Shown here: one piece after another, positions 27,824 to 41,100 of the stretch | How positions within the stretch are numbered: the stretch's first letter is position 1 | Layout of the letters: the number at the start of each line of letters is the position of its first letter | DNA from: Laetmonice hystrix | Taxonomy: Eukaryota | Reading direction: 5' to 3' | Assembly (NCBI GenBank): GCA_965235115.1 | Contig: OZ249439.1 | Span: 18,476,001 to 18,540,000 of the forward strand | DNA: 64,000 nucleotides | Translations under genes and position numbers: made by a program | The notes under the pieces: generated by a model | What the model saw: the letters and a program-made list of their open reading frames with translations, nothing else | Told to the model about the DNA's origin: nothing | Database searches by the model: none

Positions 27824-28746
27824 GAGTGGTGATGAAACGTTGGCAGCTCTGCTCATGTGAAAACCTGAATAATCTCTTCCGTGACAACCTTTCAAGTTCT
27901 TTAGGACTACTTTCCACCCATGCCACCCCCTAGGCACGGACCACATGTAACTATGGGTGTATGAATGTGTGGATTTGTATAATATACACGTGTGGGGGTG
28001 TGGGTGGGGGTGTTTATATTACCGGTATGTCATTATTACAGCATTATTCTCTTGACTCACCGAGAGATTCAGTAAAATATTTCTTCTTTTCACCCGTTCA
28101 TTCCCTCGTGTTTCAAAGACCACATTTGTGCCCGTGACGGCAAATATGGTTTGCCTGAACTTGAGTGAGATTGAACCGTTCACATGGGGTGCATCCATCA
28201 AGACAGAGGGGCTGTCTCACACTTACCCCCGACTGAGGGGCGTGTAGAATACCCTCTAGGGTTAACTTGGGCTCGCCTCGCTGCCAAATGTAGTACTCGC
28301 ATTTTTTTATCTGATTAATGTCACCGACAGCCCTGCCACACCTCGAGAGCTGTGCACCTTTGTGGCCCATATGGGCACTTAGATCAAACAGGGCGTACAA
28401 AGGGGTTCGCTCCTCTGTCGTGTTTTCCTTCAAAGTGAGACTGGTAGAGGATCTGTACAGCTAAATGAAGCATAGCTATCTGGCAGGGAGGGAGTACGGA
28501 ACTGATGGGCACTGATTATAGCAACATGATTAGATTACGTCTTTGTTTCTTTCAACTGTGTCCAGTTATGTGTCCATTGTCTGAAGTAATTAATGGAGAG
28601 CTTCAGAAGTTTGCAGCGTTGGAAGCATCTGTTTCGGGATGGACAGACGGGTTTTGTGAACGCCTCAAAAATGGGTCAGGTTATGACAGTGTTTGTCCAT
28701 TTTGATGTTGTACTAATCCCGGTCAGACAGGCTGAATGTCAAATAA

Positions 28747-28779
28747 AGGTCAGGGGTGTAATGACCCCTGTGACCTTGA
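28747..28779. promoter_or_regulatory. Nuclear receptor half-site cluster: DR3 plus extended TCAAGGTCA plus inverted AGGTCA
   Basis: Minus strand reads TCA-AGGTCA-CAG-GGGTCA (consensus DR3). A third half-site AGGTCA sits at 28747-28752 on plus. Confidence 0.25.
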
Positions 28780-29749
28780 CTGCTGATTTTTAGGGTCAGC
28801 GGCCTGCAGGTGAATAGGGAACGAGGAACAATGAAATCCCCTGGGGTTATGTAGTGTTGATTGTTTGGTCATCAGTTGTAATGAAATCATAAGCGTTCCC
28901 TATGAATCTAGAGCATATTGAACCATTTCATTACAAAGACAAGATCGGCGTTCATAATAACATGTGTGATACTTCAGGCCAGTCCACACCAGACCATCAC
29001 TTGTCATCCACCTCACTGTGTCACAGCCATCTGGACGGTTATATTTATGACGTGAAAATGTTATCAAACCAATCAAAAGATAACGTGGTGAATGATATCG
29101 GTTAACATTTTCAAGAAGTTTTAATATTTCTTGTCATTTGTTTGTTTTCAAATCCACTGAGACGAGCTGACATTTTGTTATGATGATGGGTCGTTTTATC
29201 CATGAGACATTATGCCCAGGTTGCATAATAAAGCCAAGATATCCTAACCAAGCGGCATTCACGAGACTCGCAGTATCTTGTTCCGGTATTCAGGACAAAG
29301 CACGGGGAAACTGGAATAGACCAGCCGAATCAGGTCCTGAACAACACTCGCCACCAAATCTACAGGGGAGCAGTGCTATATACTGATGGACGCTGACTCT
29401 ACACTGTGACACCACGGGTGAAGAGGTCAAGGATCAGGATCATTAATAGCAGATTATCTTCCACCTGAATCGCCTCGCTCTATCGGCTTCTCTGTGCATA
29501 ATCACCTGTAATGAGCTTCGCCTACACCGGACATTGTGAGGAGCATTCACTGGAAGGGTTTCAGGATTCACTGGGTCCAACCTGAGAGGGTCCGTAATAG
29601 AGGAAGTGGGAGGCGGGCATGGGACGCTTGTAAGGAAGCAGGGTGGAAGCACACTCGGCAGGACAGCGGAACCCAGGTGAGACAATGACTAATCAAAGGA
29701 CAAGCCTCGGCACGACAGGAAGGGCAGACAGAGGTAGTGTCAGGATTAC

Positions 29750-29761
29750 CCACTAGGGGGC
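29750..29761 (+). promoter_or_regulatory. CTCF core-motif match
   Basis: CCACTAGGGGGC matches CCASYAGRKGGC exactly. Motif match only. Confidence 0.25.
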
Positions 29762-30159
29762 CTTAGAGTGTGTCTCCGTGTGAGATGTTCTTTGACATCA
29801 CAAAATATCCATTGATGTCCTTGATCCTTTAAAGATGTTGTTTCACTAAGACATCGAAAACGGCACTTATTAGAGCAGGGAAAGACTTGCAAATGCTACT
29901 TTATATAACTAGTATTTGCATGGCTTCTGCAGAAAGGAATACGCGTCTACATGTACTTCTTAAAGTGTCTGAATTTCGTGTGAATTATTTTAGTTGTTGA
30001 GCATGCCTGGATCATTATTTCTCAAAGAAGCCGGTTGCATGCCGGCCACCCATAAAATCATTAAAGTTTAAACAGATGCAACACGCTAAAGCCGCCGGAT
30101 GAAAATATTTCTAGTGCTGATCCTGCCCTTGAACTTCTGTTGCCTTTGTTGCTCTTTAG

Positions 30160-30180
30160 TCATCTCATATTATCGTGATG
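30160..30180 (+). other. Candidate 21-nt microexon
   Basis: Long pyrimidine tract TTCTGTTGCCTTTGTTGCTCTTTAG| and donor ATG|GTAAGC. Frame-preserving length. Confidence 0.2.
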
Positions 30181-32215
30181 GTAAGCCAGGGCGGTTGAAA
30201 CCAGAGGACATGGCTCAGCCGGATTCTCGGCTAATTAAGCCCGCTTGTTACTGCGGCTGCTGCTCTTCTTCCCTGCCGTTCTTGCCGTACTGAGTTTGGT
30301 TTGGTGAACTTTATAGACCTTCAGAAGTCTGAACCTGAAAGTTGAAGCCGTCAATGTTGGAACACCTGTGAGGTAGCCGTGAATCACAGAGCTGGAAGAG
30401 GACGTCAAGCCGAAGGATGCCCGTGTGGCCATCTTCCGTTTCTGACTAACTGTGTTTCTTGAGAGGCTAGACCGGGACTGTCGGGCGGCGTGGAGACCCA
30501 AGGAGACCTCAGCACCCAACTCACGCTCCCTCCTCAATATTACCTCTCAACAGAATCAAGTAGTGAAACATCAGACTGACGGTTTTACAAACCTTTACCT
30601 CTGGGATCTTGGCTCATACTAATTTTGGTTAACTGCCGGTGTAAGCTGATACGCGTTTCGCATTAACAAAAGGACCTTCTTGATATGGCCCTGGAGCTAA
30701 TTTCTCATTCGCAAGTAAACATGATGAGATCCGGATTTTGATTTATCACCTCTAATTTCATCACTGCTAGGAATGGGTCAGGTGGAATATAGCATATTAA
30801 TAGGCCAACCATAAAGAGCTCACTAATTAGGGGTTGACCATGATGATTGCATCAATTAAAACCAGATTCGTTTTAATGAAGAGTAAGTACACATTTTTGT
30901 TTCAGTACCCACCCTAAGATATTTAATTGGAAAGATGGAATGAGTCCATTAATCAAAGATAATCAGACTTGAGGCCCAGAATCTGTCTGTCTGTTGTAGA
31001 TGGTAATGGGATGCCTTTGGCCCAGGTAGCCCAACAAGGTTGGGAATGTGCCCTGGTCAATGGACATCATTACAAGTAGGATGTGCAGCAGATGTTGCAG
31101 TGGGTGAAACCTCTTATGGGTGCCCGCATAGACAAAGGTCCTTGTCAACCGAGTGAAAAGGCAAGTTTTTCTAATTAACTTCTAATCAATCAGTGAAAGG
31201 GGAGGGTTGTGGGAGCAAGCTTTACCAGTGATTAAGGGTAGGTAATTTATGACAAATGCAGAGTTGGTTGACTGGAGCACGTGTATGGTTGAGGGTAGAG
31301 TAAATCAGTTGATGTGACACAGAGGGGATCAAAGACGGCCATCAGTCTGGGTCAGTGGCGACTGCCTGTCCCATATCAACAATCACACGGTCACAGCCAG
31401 GCACGAGGCGGATGGACGGAAAGCCTTCATAACGGTTCAGGCCAGGCTACCTCCAGGCTGGAGTCTTGATGTTGAGATCTCCTCCGTTCATGATGTTACA
31501 AGATGATGTCCTCAGGATCTTGGTTCAGAGAGGAGGGCACGAGGTTCATAACGGATTCAACCAGCCTAGCTTCCTCTGAACCACCTGTTCTAATCACAGA
31601 AAGGGGAAAGAAGCCACAGGCGCCTGTGTTCGTCACGACCATGGAGTTGGAGAAGATATCAGTTTCACAAGTCTATCCCCAAACTGGAAAATTAATTGCC
31701 AAGTAAAATCCGCGTGTTATCTAGACGGGTTTCCCTCATCTTGAATGATTGCTTCTGTGAGCCGATTTTGATATTGATATTACTCTTTACAGGTTGAAAA
31801 ATGTTGACTGACTTTGGACTTGAGGGCGTGAATGGTAGTGAAAATTACTGTTACTTTAAACACTTTTACATTTAAAGAAAAAATTATATGTGAGTTTGTG
31901 GTTACGCGGAGTTAGTCCAAAATAACATATGTGCAACTCGAGGATCAACGGCCTTGATACTATTAGTCAACCAGTATGCCCAATGTTTTTGGTTTGGAAT
32001 TGGCCTGCCCCTTCCTGGGAGTTTATGGGGCACAGAGAATATTCTGGGGGTTGTTTTATTAGTGACTGTAATATGGTGAGAGGGGGAGCATGAATTAACC
32101 CATCTCCAGGCCAACCCCACTCTCTCTTCCAGTCACATGTTCAGAGCTTCAGCTCGTGCAGGAGACGTAAAATAGAGCACATGTAGTCACGTATGCATGC
32201 CGATAAGAGGTTGTG

Positions 32216-32230
32216 GAGAGAGAGAGAGAG
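32216..32230. repeat. (GA)7 microsatellite
   Basis: Seen directly, about 50 nt upstream of the gap. Confidence 0.85.
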
Positions 32231-32281
32231 CCGCCAAGGTGATGAGTGGGTGGTTATAGGATTGCTGTTAACGAGTATGGT

Positions 32282-32431
32282 NNNNNNNNNNNNNNNNNNN
32301 NNNNNNNNNNNNNNNNNNNNNNNNNNNNNNNNNNNNNNNNNNNNNNNNNNNNNNNNNNNNNNNNNNNNNNNNNNNNNNNNNNNNNNNNNNNNNNNNNNNN
32401 NNNNNNNNNNNNNNNNNNNNNNNNNNNNNNN
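32282..32431. other. Assembly gap of 150 N
   Basis: Run of exactly 150 N seen directly. ORFs spanning it in the track are artefacts. Confidence 0.99.
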
Positions 32432-34624
32432 TGGATACGTTCATCCTACCGTTCGAAGATCTGGCGTCTGAGACAACACGTGATAACCCAATGATAGCCG
32501 CCATACGGAACTATGCCACAGATCGACCCACTGACGGGGAACGGGTTGTATTGCTACGTCCCTTTAGAAGAGTCATGTCGCACTTTTCTCAGCCTTGCAC
32601 CCTCCCGGCTCCAAGTGGACACTTTGCGACTCATCATACTGTCAGTGTTTGAACCATCAGCACGTGTTGCCAGACTACGACCGAACGTGGACCCATGCAA
32701 GCTCCTTCCAACCCATCAGCCAGTTCATGGGAGACAGACCCGAGTCTATCTAAGCAATACTTTCAGACGTGACCGTTCACTCTACATGTGACCAGTGCTT
32801 GCGTGGCTTTATATAGTGTCGAGGTCAAGCTGGACCTCCAGAGTGGTGTCCAACACAACCACATTGTTTTAGTAAGATAAAAACATTTTACTGGCGACAA
32901 CCAAAGCTTCGGAAGTGTAGATCCCGTCTGGAGGACTACAAATGGGGCGACCATCCATAGTTTCTTCCTGCAAGTCGATTTTATCACAAGATATTAATAA
33001 AAATGATAAAATCAGGGTAACATGGACAATGAAGCACGTGACACCGACGTTCTTCATACGACAGTTGTCACCCAGCGTCACCATCCACATAATTACAGTC
33101 AATTATATACAAATTAGGGTTTCACCTCCAAAGCCAATTGGCTACATGGCTGTATTTTAGTTGGTTCTTTATCACCAAGCAATATAAGTGAGCACCGACT
33201 TAAACATCAGAAGGTTTTCCAGGTAAAACAGTATTTCATATTAACAAAGACACCATTTCCACCGTCCTGTCTGTCCAAATAAAGTCAAGGTGCTACAACC
33301 ACGCATGTATGGCGGTGTCATACTGTCTACAGGTAAAACTGTGCTGACTGACTGACGTACAGAGTCACCGGCGTGAGGTGTGATAAACAAACCTGGACAA
33401 TAGAAACCACCTCCTGGTATTTATAGCACAAGAATTTATTGGAGGTGTGCATATACTGGCATATCTTTCAGCTACTCTATTTACCACACAGATCTTGCTG
33501 TAGGAGTTTGATGGTTAATTAATCACTTGATTATTGTTTGTTCATGAAGGAGTAAAGGTTTTAATAGCTACTGATGCAATGTGTGCCCCTGACTGCATGG
33601 ATGACTTGGTTAGACATTCGACTGACTACAAATAATGGTCTGGGCATCATTTAAAACGCGGACAGTCCGAAAGCTGAACATATAACTGGTGCACTCATAC
33701 AAGATGCACACTTTGCACAAGCAATCTGTAATATCATATGGCCCTTTCTGAAAATCAGTAATTAGATATCCGTCAGAAAGACAGAGCTAAATTTCATGTA
33801 GATTGCTGTAAGATTTTGTTTTTTTTGCGCTGCATCGGTTCGCAGACCTTGACCCTCGTTGAACAGATGTGAATAGCGAATCAAGGCGGCTGCCTACAGA
33901 GGGGTTCATTAAGTGCTCACACCATAGCTGCCTGAGGGTCTCAGGGACGCACACCCTCTGCAAAAAGATTGATTTCTGTTTCATGAGCTGCTTGAGACTT
34001 GCACCAAGCACATCAGGAATTCGGAGAGACGACATATATTATAGGCTTTCCTTCCTTGTCATGCCATTTCTAGTGACTATTTATCGAAGGAGGTTGAACA
34101 TACTGGAAACGATAAATAGCAGTCATGGCGCAATGTAGTTCTCTGACATATCTGGCTGACACTTTGCCAATTGCCCGTGTGGCGGTTCTTTAAGTCGGCC
34201 AACCTATTTAGGCTGATTCTGACAGCTTTCCTCCCCAAACACACACGATATCAGAAATGTAGTCGTGCGCAGTCCACTATAAATATTTAGACTATATTTA
34301 TTGAGAAATTTTTATCTCCGCTGATCCTTTGTTTCACATTCAGTGTATAATATACGTACTCCACACACATTAAAATGTCGGGAAATTGAAGGGTATAAAA
34401 ACTTGAAAACCATAACTTATAATCAGTGAGGCTCCAATTATAAGTCAGTTCGCATGAAGATCAACATTTGAATGTAACGTCAAGTACAAAATTTGGTATT
34501 GAATATTTTTTTCCGACGATAGAGTTTTAATATAGAATATTCGATTATCATGCTTGGTTTCACATATAAATTGAATGCACACCATTTTAGATTTAAGCAC
34601 GATTATAGACATAGACACACACAA

Positions 34625-34658
34625 CATATATACTTGTATATCATATATACTTGTATAT
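34625..34658. repeat. 17-bp tandem duplication (CATATATACTTGTATAT)x2
   Basis: Two exact adjacent copies. Confidence 0.9.
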
Positions 34659-37586
34659 TGTCTTGGCTTTAGATAGACTTCCCATCTTTATGACAAACCG
34701 AAACTTTTGTCTGTCTTGAACAATAGCCTTTGTCCCAATAATACGTTTTTTTTATGAGTTTATCAAAGACCGTCTTACAAAGGTGGACTGGTGAATTGAA
34801 GCTGCAGATCGTGTATGTTAGACGGCCTCAAGTTTACTTTCTATTTGAGGTTAAACAGAAGGATCAATCATGATTAACGGAGTGTTGTTTTATGGCCTTG
34901 TCTGATGTTGGCAGTGGGGCCTGACATGGCTCCGGCAGTCTCTGCTATGATCGGGTCTCTCCACGGAGGATTCTATCATCTTTATCAACACTGGAAACGG
35001 ATAGGAGGCTTCCTTATCTTAGCATAGTCATCCTGTGAGAAAATACCATGGAGAATTGAGGGAAGTTAGTGGAAGCCACGCCATGGAGCCAGGCTCCCGT
35101 AACTCGGCCAATAAGATTGATAAGAGCAAATAGCCGCTGGAAGAGTGCCTGCATGCCATACTGAGGGATACTGGACCGGCGCTGTATTTCAATCGACAGC
35201 AGAAACATGTCCAGAAACCTTTTTTCCCCTAGAATTACGACAGGAGAATGGTTGAGACGTAATGTACATGGATATTAAAATGCATTGTGGCGTTCCCTTA
35301 CAGAATACCACCTTTTTTAAATCAAAATAGTTGGCTCATATTGAAGTGTTATCACTGCCATTGTGTCAATTTTGTTTTTCATTATTGTCGCTGGAATTGT
35401 ATTTAGCTTCCTTTCTCTTATTACAAGGAATATGTTTGCATAATTATACAACTAAAATCTATATATTGCAAATCGTCGTGACATTATTATGCATATGGTA
35501 TATCGTTTACTTTGTGGTTCAGTTTCTGTGAAGGGAATATATAATCCACATGCGAACCGCACATAAAATGGGAGTTCTGGCAGAGAGGCAGACTGCCGTG
35601 TGCGTCCAGTATCTCTCCATCGGTGCAGTCATAATGTCCCACAACCAGAGAGAGCGACCACGGCTAGACTGGCCACAGGCCACCGCCAATGTAATTTCCA
35701 ATGAAGATGTCATTTTCCAGCCAAATTCACCCCACGTATTGTGTTCAACACGATCCCACGACCAGGAAATCTAGGCAAGTGGACCACTGAACACAGCCGT
35801 CTCAGGTGGGAGAAACTAATAAGGTGTGGTGCATTGTGTCAAAAATGGAGTGGTTGCATTATGATGGAACATATAGATATTAGATTACCTGTTTGATCAC
35901 AGCGAACGGGTAAATTTTGAACGGAAACACTGATCCAGGGAAATTACAGTTAAGAAAGAAGCAGCGAACCTCCGTAAGTTTGGGTGAGCAGTGGAAGGGG
36001 TAATCAGTAGGAGCACAAAGACACGCTTCATACATTTACAGTGGTGGCAAGAACAGTGAGGAGAATACATTATTTGAGACCGATTAATAGAAGAAGCTTG
36101 TTGATTGGCCTGGATGACCGCTGAATCCACAAACAGGGTTCCTGGGTGTTGGTCTTTCAGCAGGCTGTGGTATTGTCAGGCTATTGCTCGCTGCGCCAAT
36201 TGATCTTCATCGGAACAAATTTGACTGTAACACACGCCAGTGAATCAAACCGAGAAGGCCAATCATTGATCCCATGTGCATCAGATACTTTTTTCTATTC
36301 CTTTCTTTAAGACCAGTTCTTCTTTCTCGGTCCGGAACTGTTTATAGAGACCCAAAATGCCTGGTGCTTATCTCAAACAACTACCACTGTTACTATGGCA
36401 ACAGAGGAAGACATGTTCAGTTAGTAGTTTGCGCAGCATGTGCAGTGCAGTGCGGCCCCAGATCATGCATTATATTTATTGTCTGCGTGCCAAGTAGTGG
36501 TGGAAATAAAAAAGATTGGGAAGGGGCTTTCCAGCAGCAGGTAGGCAGCAGCTACATTCTTTCCTTCGCATGCTTGCGTGTGGCCAAATGACGCTTCATA
36601 ATGAGCTACCACTTTGAGGAAAATTGGAAAGTTTCAGAGTCCATTGGTGGCCGATGGGAGGTGGGCCACACAAAGTGGACCCCGTATGGCGGTACAGAAT
36701 TGAATGCACCAAACAGATGACTTGCGTTCATTTGGCTGGTAGTTAATCAAATACGGTGGCCTTTTTTTAGTGCTTTTGAATTACTATATTTCTTTAAATT
36801 TTGTGAACCTTTGATGGCTTGATTTAACCTAATGGCAGCTTTATTGTCGTATTTTAACCGAATGGTGGCCCGTACTTAGGTCTGTAATTACTGCATCTAG
36901 TGAAGTATTTAGTAAACACTGAAGGAGGTATTGTCTTTTCATGATATTAGCCGTTTATCATACGGTGAATAGTCCACGCTTGAAAAGAAGACCTGCTGAA
37001 TTACTGATTACAGCTTGGCCCCACCATTTCAAAGGGGATGCTTTGGCTAGAAACTAATGCTGCATCTAGAAGCAAATTAATGTGTTTTGTTTTGCACATA
37101 TTAAAAAGTGTGACGGTTTTTCTCCCCACTGTGACTTTTGCTTCTCGTAAACTCACGACAGGCTCTGATGTAGAAGTGGTGAGTGGTATGGCATGTCGGA
37201 CTTGAAAAATCTGATACATGTTGCATGTACTACATGACAGTAGTCTTTCATCGAACCTGAACGAAAAAAGGTTCTGCTTCCGCCATTCGGGATGCGTATT
37301 GACAACATCTGGGCAAGCAACATGAGTCACCGTAACAGATTTTGTACAGCTTCAGAATGAAATTCGGTATAGGAATTCATTACAGACGGAATCCAATTCG
37401 AAACTCTTAGGACTTCATTGTGCCGCAAAATGCCACCATATGCAATTAGTGGTAGAAAGCATGAGTCGTGTCTAAGGCAGTTAGCAGTCACCTTCTGGTC
37501 TATCGTGGTGGCACTCAATTTGGGCGTAGGCGAGTATTATGCTGATGGTAGTCAAAAGGAAAGAAAAAGCGAACAAAATTACTTAC

Positions 37587-37637
37587 CTTTAACGGATTGA
37601 TGCTTAGCTTTGGTGAATAAAACTAGTGGTGCGCCGT
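37587..37637 (-). other. Candidate 51-nt exon (minus strand)
   Basis: Minus acceptor CTCTTCTATAG| after a pyrimidine tract, donor AAG|GTAAGT. Open only in phase 1 (DGAPLVLFTKAKHQSVK). Confidence 0.2.
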
Positions 37638-37687
37638 CTATAGAAGAGCTTTCTAAAATTGTGGAAAAAGAAAACCCACCCCCTTCC

Positions 37688-37711
37688 AAAAAAGAGAGAG
37701 AGAGGAGAGGG
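37688..37711. repeat. A6-(GA)n purine tract
   Basis: AAAAAAGAGAGAGAGAGGAGAGGG. Confidence 0.75.
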
Positions 37712-38107
37712 AAAGCGATCAATAAGATGCAGAGTGGCAGTCCGGATATCGACAGGGAGGACTCATTGGTGGCTGAAGCAGAGCAATCACACGACCGTGT
37801 TTGAAGAGCTGACGGGGTGGTAATGCTATAGGAAGCATTAGACCCGGCATTTCAGCAGATCAAATCTGAGCCGGTGACATGGTAGAGGTCTGTCTGTCCA
37901 CAAGATGAGGCTGAGCCGACGCTCGAAATGGCTTGATGTAGTGGAACACGATATCGTATTCAAATACGATTATCCTTGCCGTTATTATGTCATCAATACG
38001 TCAATATGGTGCCCCCAGTGTGATATTATTACAGCAGCATTCTTGAACAAAAACCGGTTTCAATTTAACGTCGTATGAGAGCCTGATCCTATTTGAGTTT
38101 GCTTCAG

Positions 38108-38169
38108 AGGGGAATTTCACGATTTACGGTTATGATCGTGCAATAACAACCGAGTCCACATATTCACAG
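38108..38169 (+). other. Candidate 62-nt exon
   Basis: Acceptor GAGTTTGCTTCAG| and strong donor CAG|GTGAGT. One open frame (GNFTIYGYDRAITTESTYSQ). Confidence 0.2.
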
Positions 38170-41100
38170 GTGAGTAACATGATGGATGGTTGGATGACAA
38201 TAATCTCTGCTCCTTGAGAGCGCTTTAGATAACTTCACCGTCCAATTATGGGCCGATTCTCTCCAGACGTATTCAAATTAAAGGAAAACACTAGTGTTAT
38301 AACGTCGTTTGAAACAAAATCCCGGCCAATTATTTATTGTTGGCAACTTCAAAATAGAAACCCATGCCTAACCATAATCTGACTATTTCTGACGTAAGCC
38401 AGTTCTGTGCAACAGTCGCCTGAATTTGGTTTGAAGAAAGATTCCCTTAGACACTAAGTTCCAATGGTAGGGACGCGCCCTCATTATTCTGTATTGTTTG
38501 GTCAGCTCTGGACGGGGTTGTAGAAGGGTCGGATGATCTGCCCTGCCCCGCCCTTAGAAGCTAGCTTGGCTCTGTGTGGCCACCACAGATAACAGTAAAC
38601 TGATATGGAACATCTATGTGTGGATCACGGAAATGAATTAACTCAGTGACAGTTGGAGTTGTTATGGCTTCACCGGCAGTTGAACCTTACCGATCACAAT
38701 GCTGTGATGTGTCCAACGCAGAGGAAGCCACTAATGAAATTGGAATGCTCTTTGTACTCGATATCCACAACATTGCAAAATACTGACTAGAAAGGTGTAG
38801 TAGAAGTGATAGACGAACTTTTGATCATCCTCTCAAGAGCCTTATTTGGCACCGACTCTCTACAGAGTTATATACAGACTGCTTTTCAGTAAGGTAATCA
38901 AGAAAAAGTAAAGGGGAATGAAATTGGAAGAGCGAAGATCACAGACACGGAAGAGTTAGCTTCAATGCAGTTGAGTTCATGTAACGTGGCTGACAGCCTG
39001 ACCATTGATTTCAATTGGCTAGCTTATATATCAGCAGAAATAGCCCTCACTTTCCATTTACCATACCGTAACGTTGGAGAGAAAGATTACAAGCTACCAT
39101 CAAAGTAATGGAGACAGCAACTGTCCGAACCCAGATTGTTTTGACTGAGCTGGTGCGGTTGGATGAACAGCCTATTTCAGGCTGGTTGGTAAGACAGAGC
39201 AGCGCACAGAAATCCATATGTGTGGATCATATCATGGGAGTGAGGTTAGCCCGTAAGGAGTCAGTCGGGGTATGCTCAATGACGCAGTGGCCAGGATGTG
39301 CAGCATAACATCACGTCAGTGAGTTTTGCTGACAGGTGCACGACAGTGCTGTAATGATTGCATCCATTTGTGTGCAAGAAGGCAGGAATCCCATCAACGA
39401 GAGTTTTTTTTCGCGAAGATGGTAACGTTATTCATTTCAGATTTGATTACTTCTTTTTAGCCACTTACGTAATATGATTCGGAATTGTATTTCTGTTCCT
39501 GATGTCAGAATTTGACAAGCATTTGATATGACGACTTTTATTTACTGCAAGATGTATCATCTGATCAAAATGGAGTTAAGGTAGGCTTCAAATAAGTTTT
39601 ATGTCAGAATTTGAAGTTGTCGAACATTCATGACATCTTAATGGCCTAGTGCTTAGATTCAACGTCACGTTTATCAGTAAAGTGCGACAAGTAAAATAGG
39701 TAGGTCAGTCTTCTCCCTGGAAAACCTGCGTTTCCAGTTCACCTTATATTTTATATGTTGTTAGTGCCTTTCTGGGGGTAGAAAGGATGTAGGACAATAT
39801 TATTATTGTTGTGTGCATCACGAGGAGATCATATGCGTCATAGATCTTTTCGTTGCTGGGGGTTTATTTCTCGGTTTCCTTCCTGACGTTACTCAAACTA
39901 GACCCTGCCCTCTCCCCACGCGCGGGTAGCCAGTTTCCTTCCTTCCTTCTGCTAGTGGCGCCCCCTCTTGTCATGGTGGATGATCATTAGTTGTGGGTCG
40001 TGGCTGTACTGATTGCTGCCACTAACAGGCATCTTCTGACAACCCAATATATCCGCTCCCACAGCTTGTACTCATGGCATTCCTATTAAGCTTCTCAGTG
40101 TTAGTGTATTCAGAGAACAGGCAAAGTCTCCTGTAATGGTGAAATATTGGGCTGCCTTCGTCTTGCTACAGGCCTTAAGCAGGGAGAAGAATTCACCTGC
40201 GCTACTTTCTGGCCAGGATTTCCTGTCTGTATTATATACCAACCTCTGGTAGCAGTACGATGAGGAACAGATAGGCTGGAAGCCAAATATTGCGCATATA
40301 GTATCAATTGCTCATTTTGCTTTTCTCTTGCAGCCATAGAGATTCTTTTCTTATGGCTCCTGCTATCTTTTGAATCTGTAATGTATATTTGTAGGGGTTC
40401 TCCGAGTGATGGCATGTCTTGGTGTCAGCAGATTGTGGTGATTCTGGAACATAAATGCTACTATAGGTGCATTACAACTAAATGCGGCGAGAGTTTGATA
40501 AGAAGGAGGCTTTAATCTTGCATGGGAATTATTTTCGAAGGCGTTCATCATTGCTCTTAGATTAACAGTGGTTGACGACTGGAAAGCAAAGATATGGCTG
40601 TATAAATGACATGAATGCCCTAGTATGCGGACCAGACAGTATAAAAAAGCCAAGTGTTCGTTATATATGAGCCGTTTATTTGCCATCTGTTTATATGTAT
40701 ATTATGTTTACAAGTTATTTAGTTCTGTGCATGAGTTATGGTCGAGGTTTCTTTATGACTGTAGAGAAGTTGACTTAAGTACTGAAATGAATTACATTGA
40801 ACTAGTTTGAGAAATAGTCACCCACAGCGAGAGAGGGTGTGAACAAGGCGCCATAGCCACATTTGCAAACACACATACACGTGTAGACCGGCACACACAG
40901 GATATTGGAGTGGCACATTTGGAATGTGCAGTCTGCCAGAGTCTCGGATGTTGAATGGAAGGAGAAGGGTTGTATTGGTAGCGACGACAAAGACAGGATG
41001 TTGGCGGACTCGGAAACTGGCAGGGGTCAATAGATGTCATCTGTAACGGTCTTCAGTGGCAGGCGGCACTGCAAGGCTTGCCGTTCATCTCGTTTGCCCT

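Noticed and set aside
31804-31821. LTDFGL (kinase DFG-like)
   Set aside because: Six-residue match in a very short frame with no supporting subdomains.
32193-32504. ORFs spanning the N run
   Set aside because: Artefacts of translating N as X.
37610-37804. KKERERRGKAIN resembling a bHLH basic region
   Set aside because: Produced by the A/(GA)n tract, with no helix-loop-helix following.
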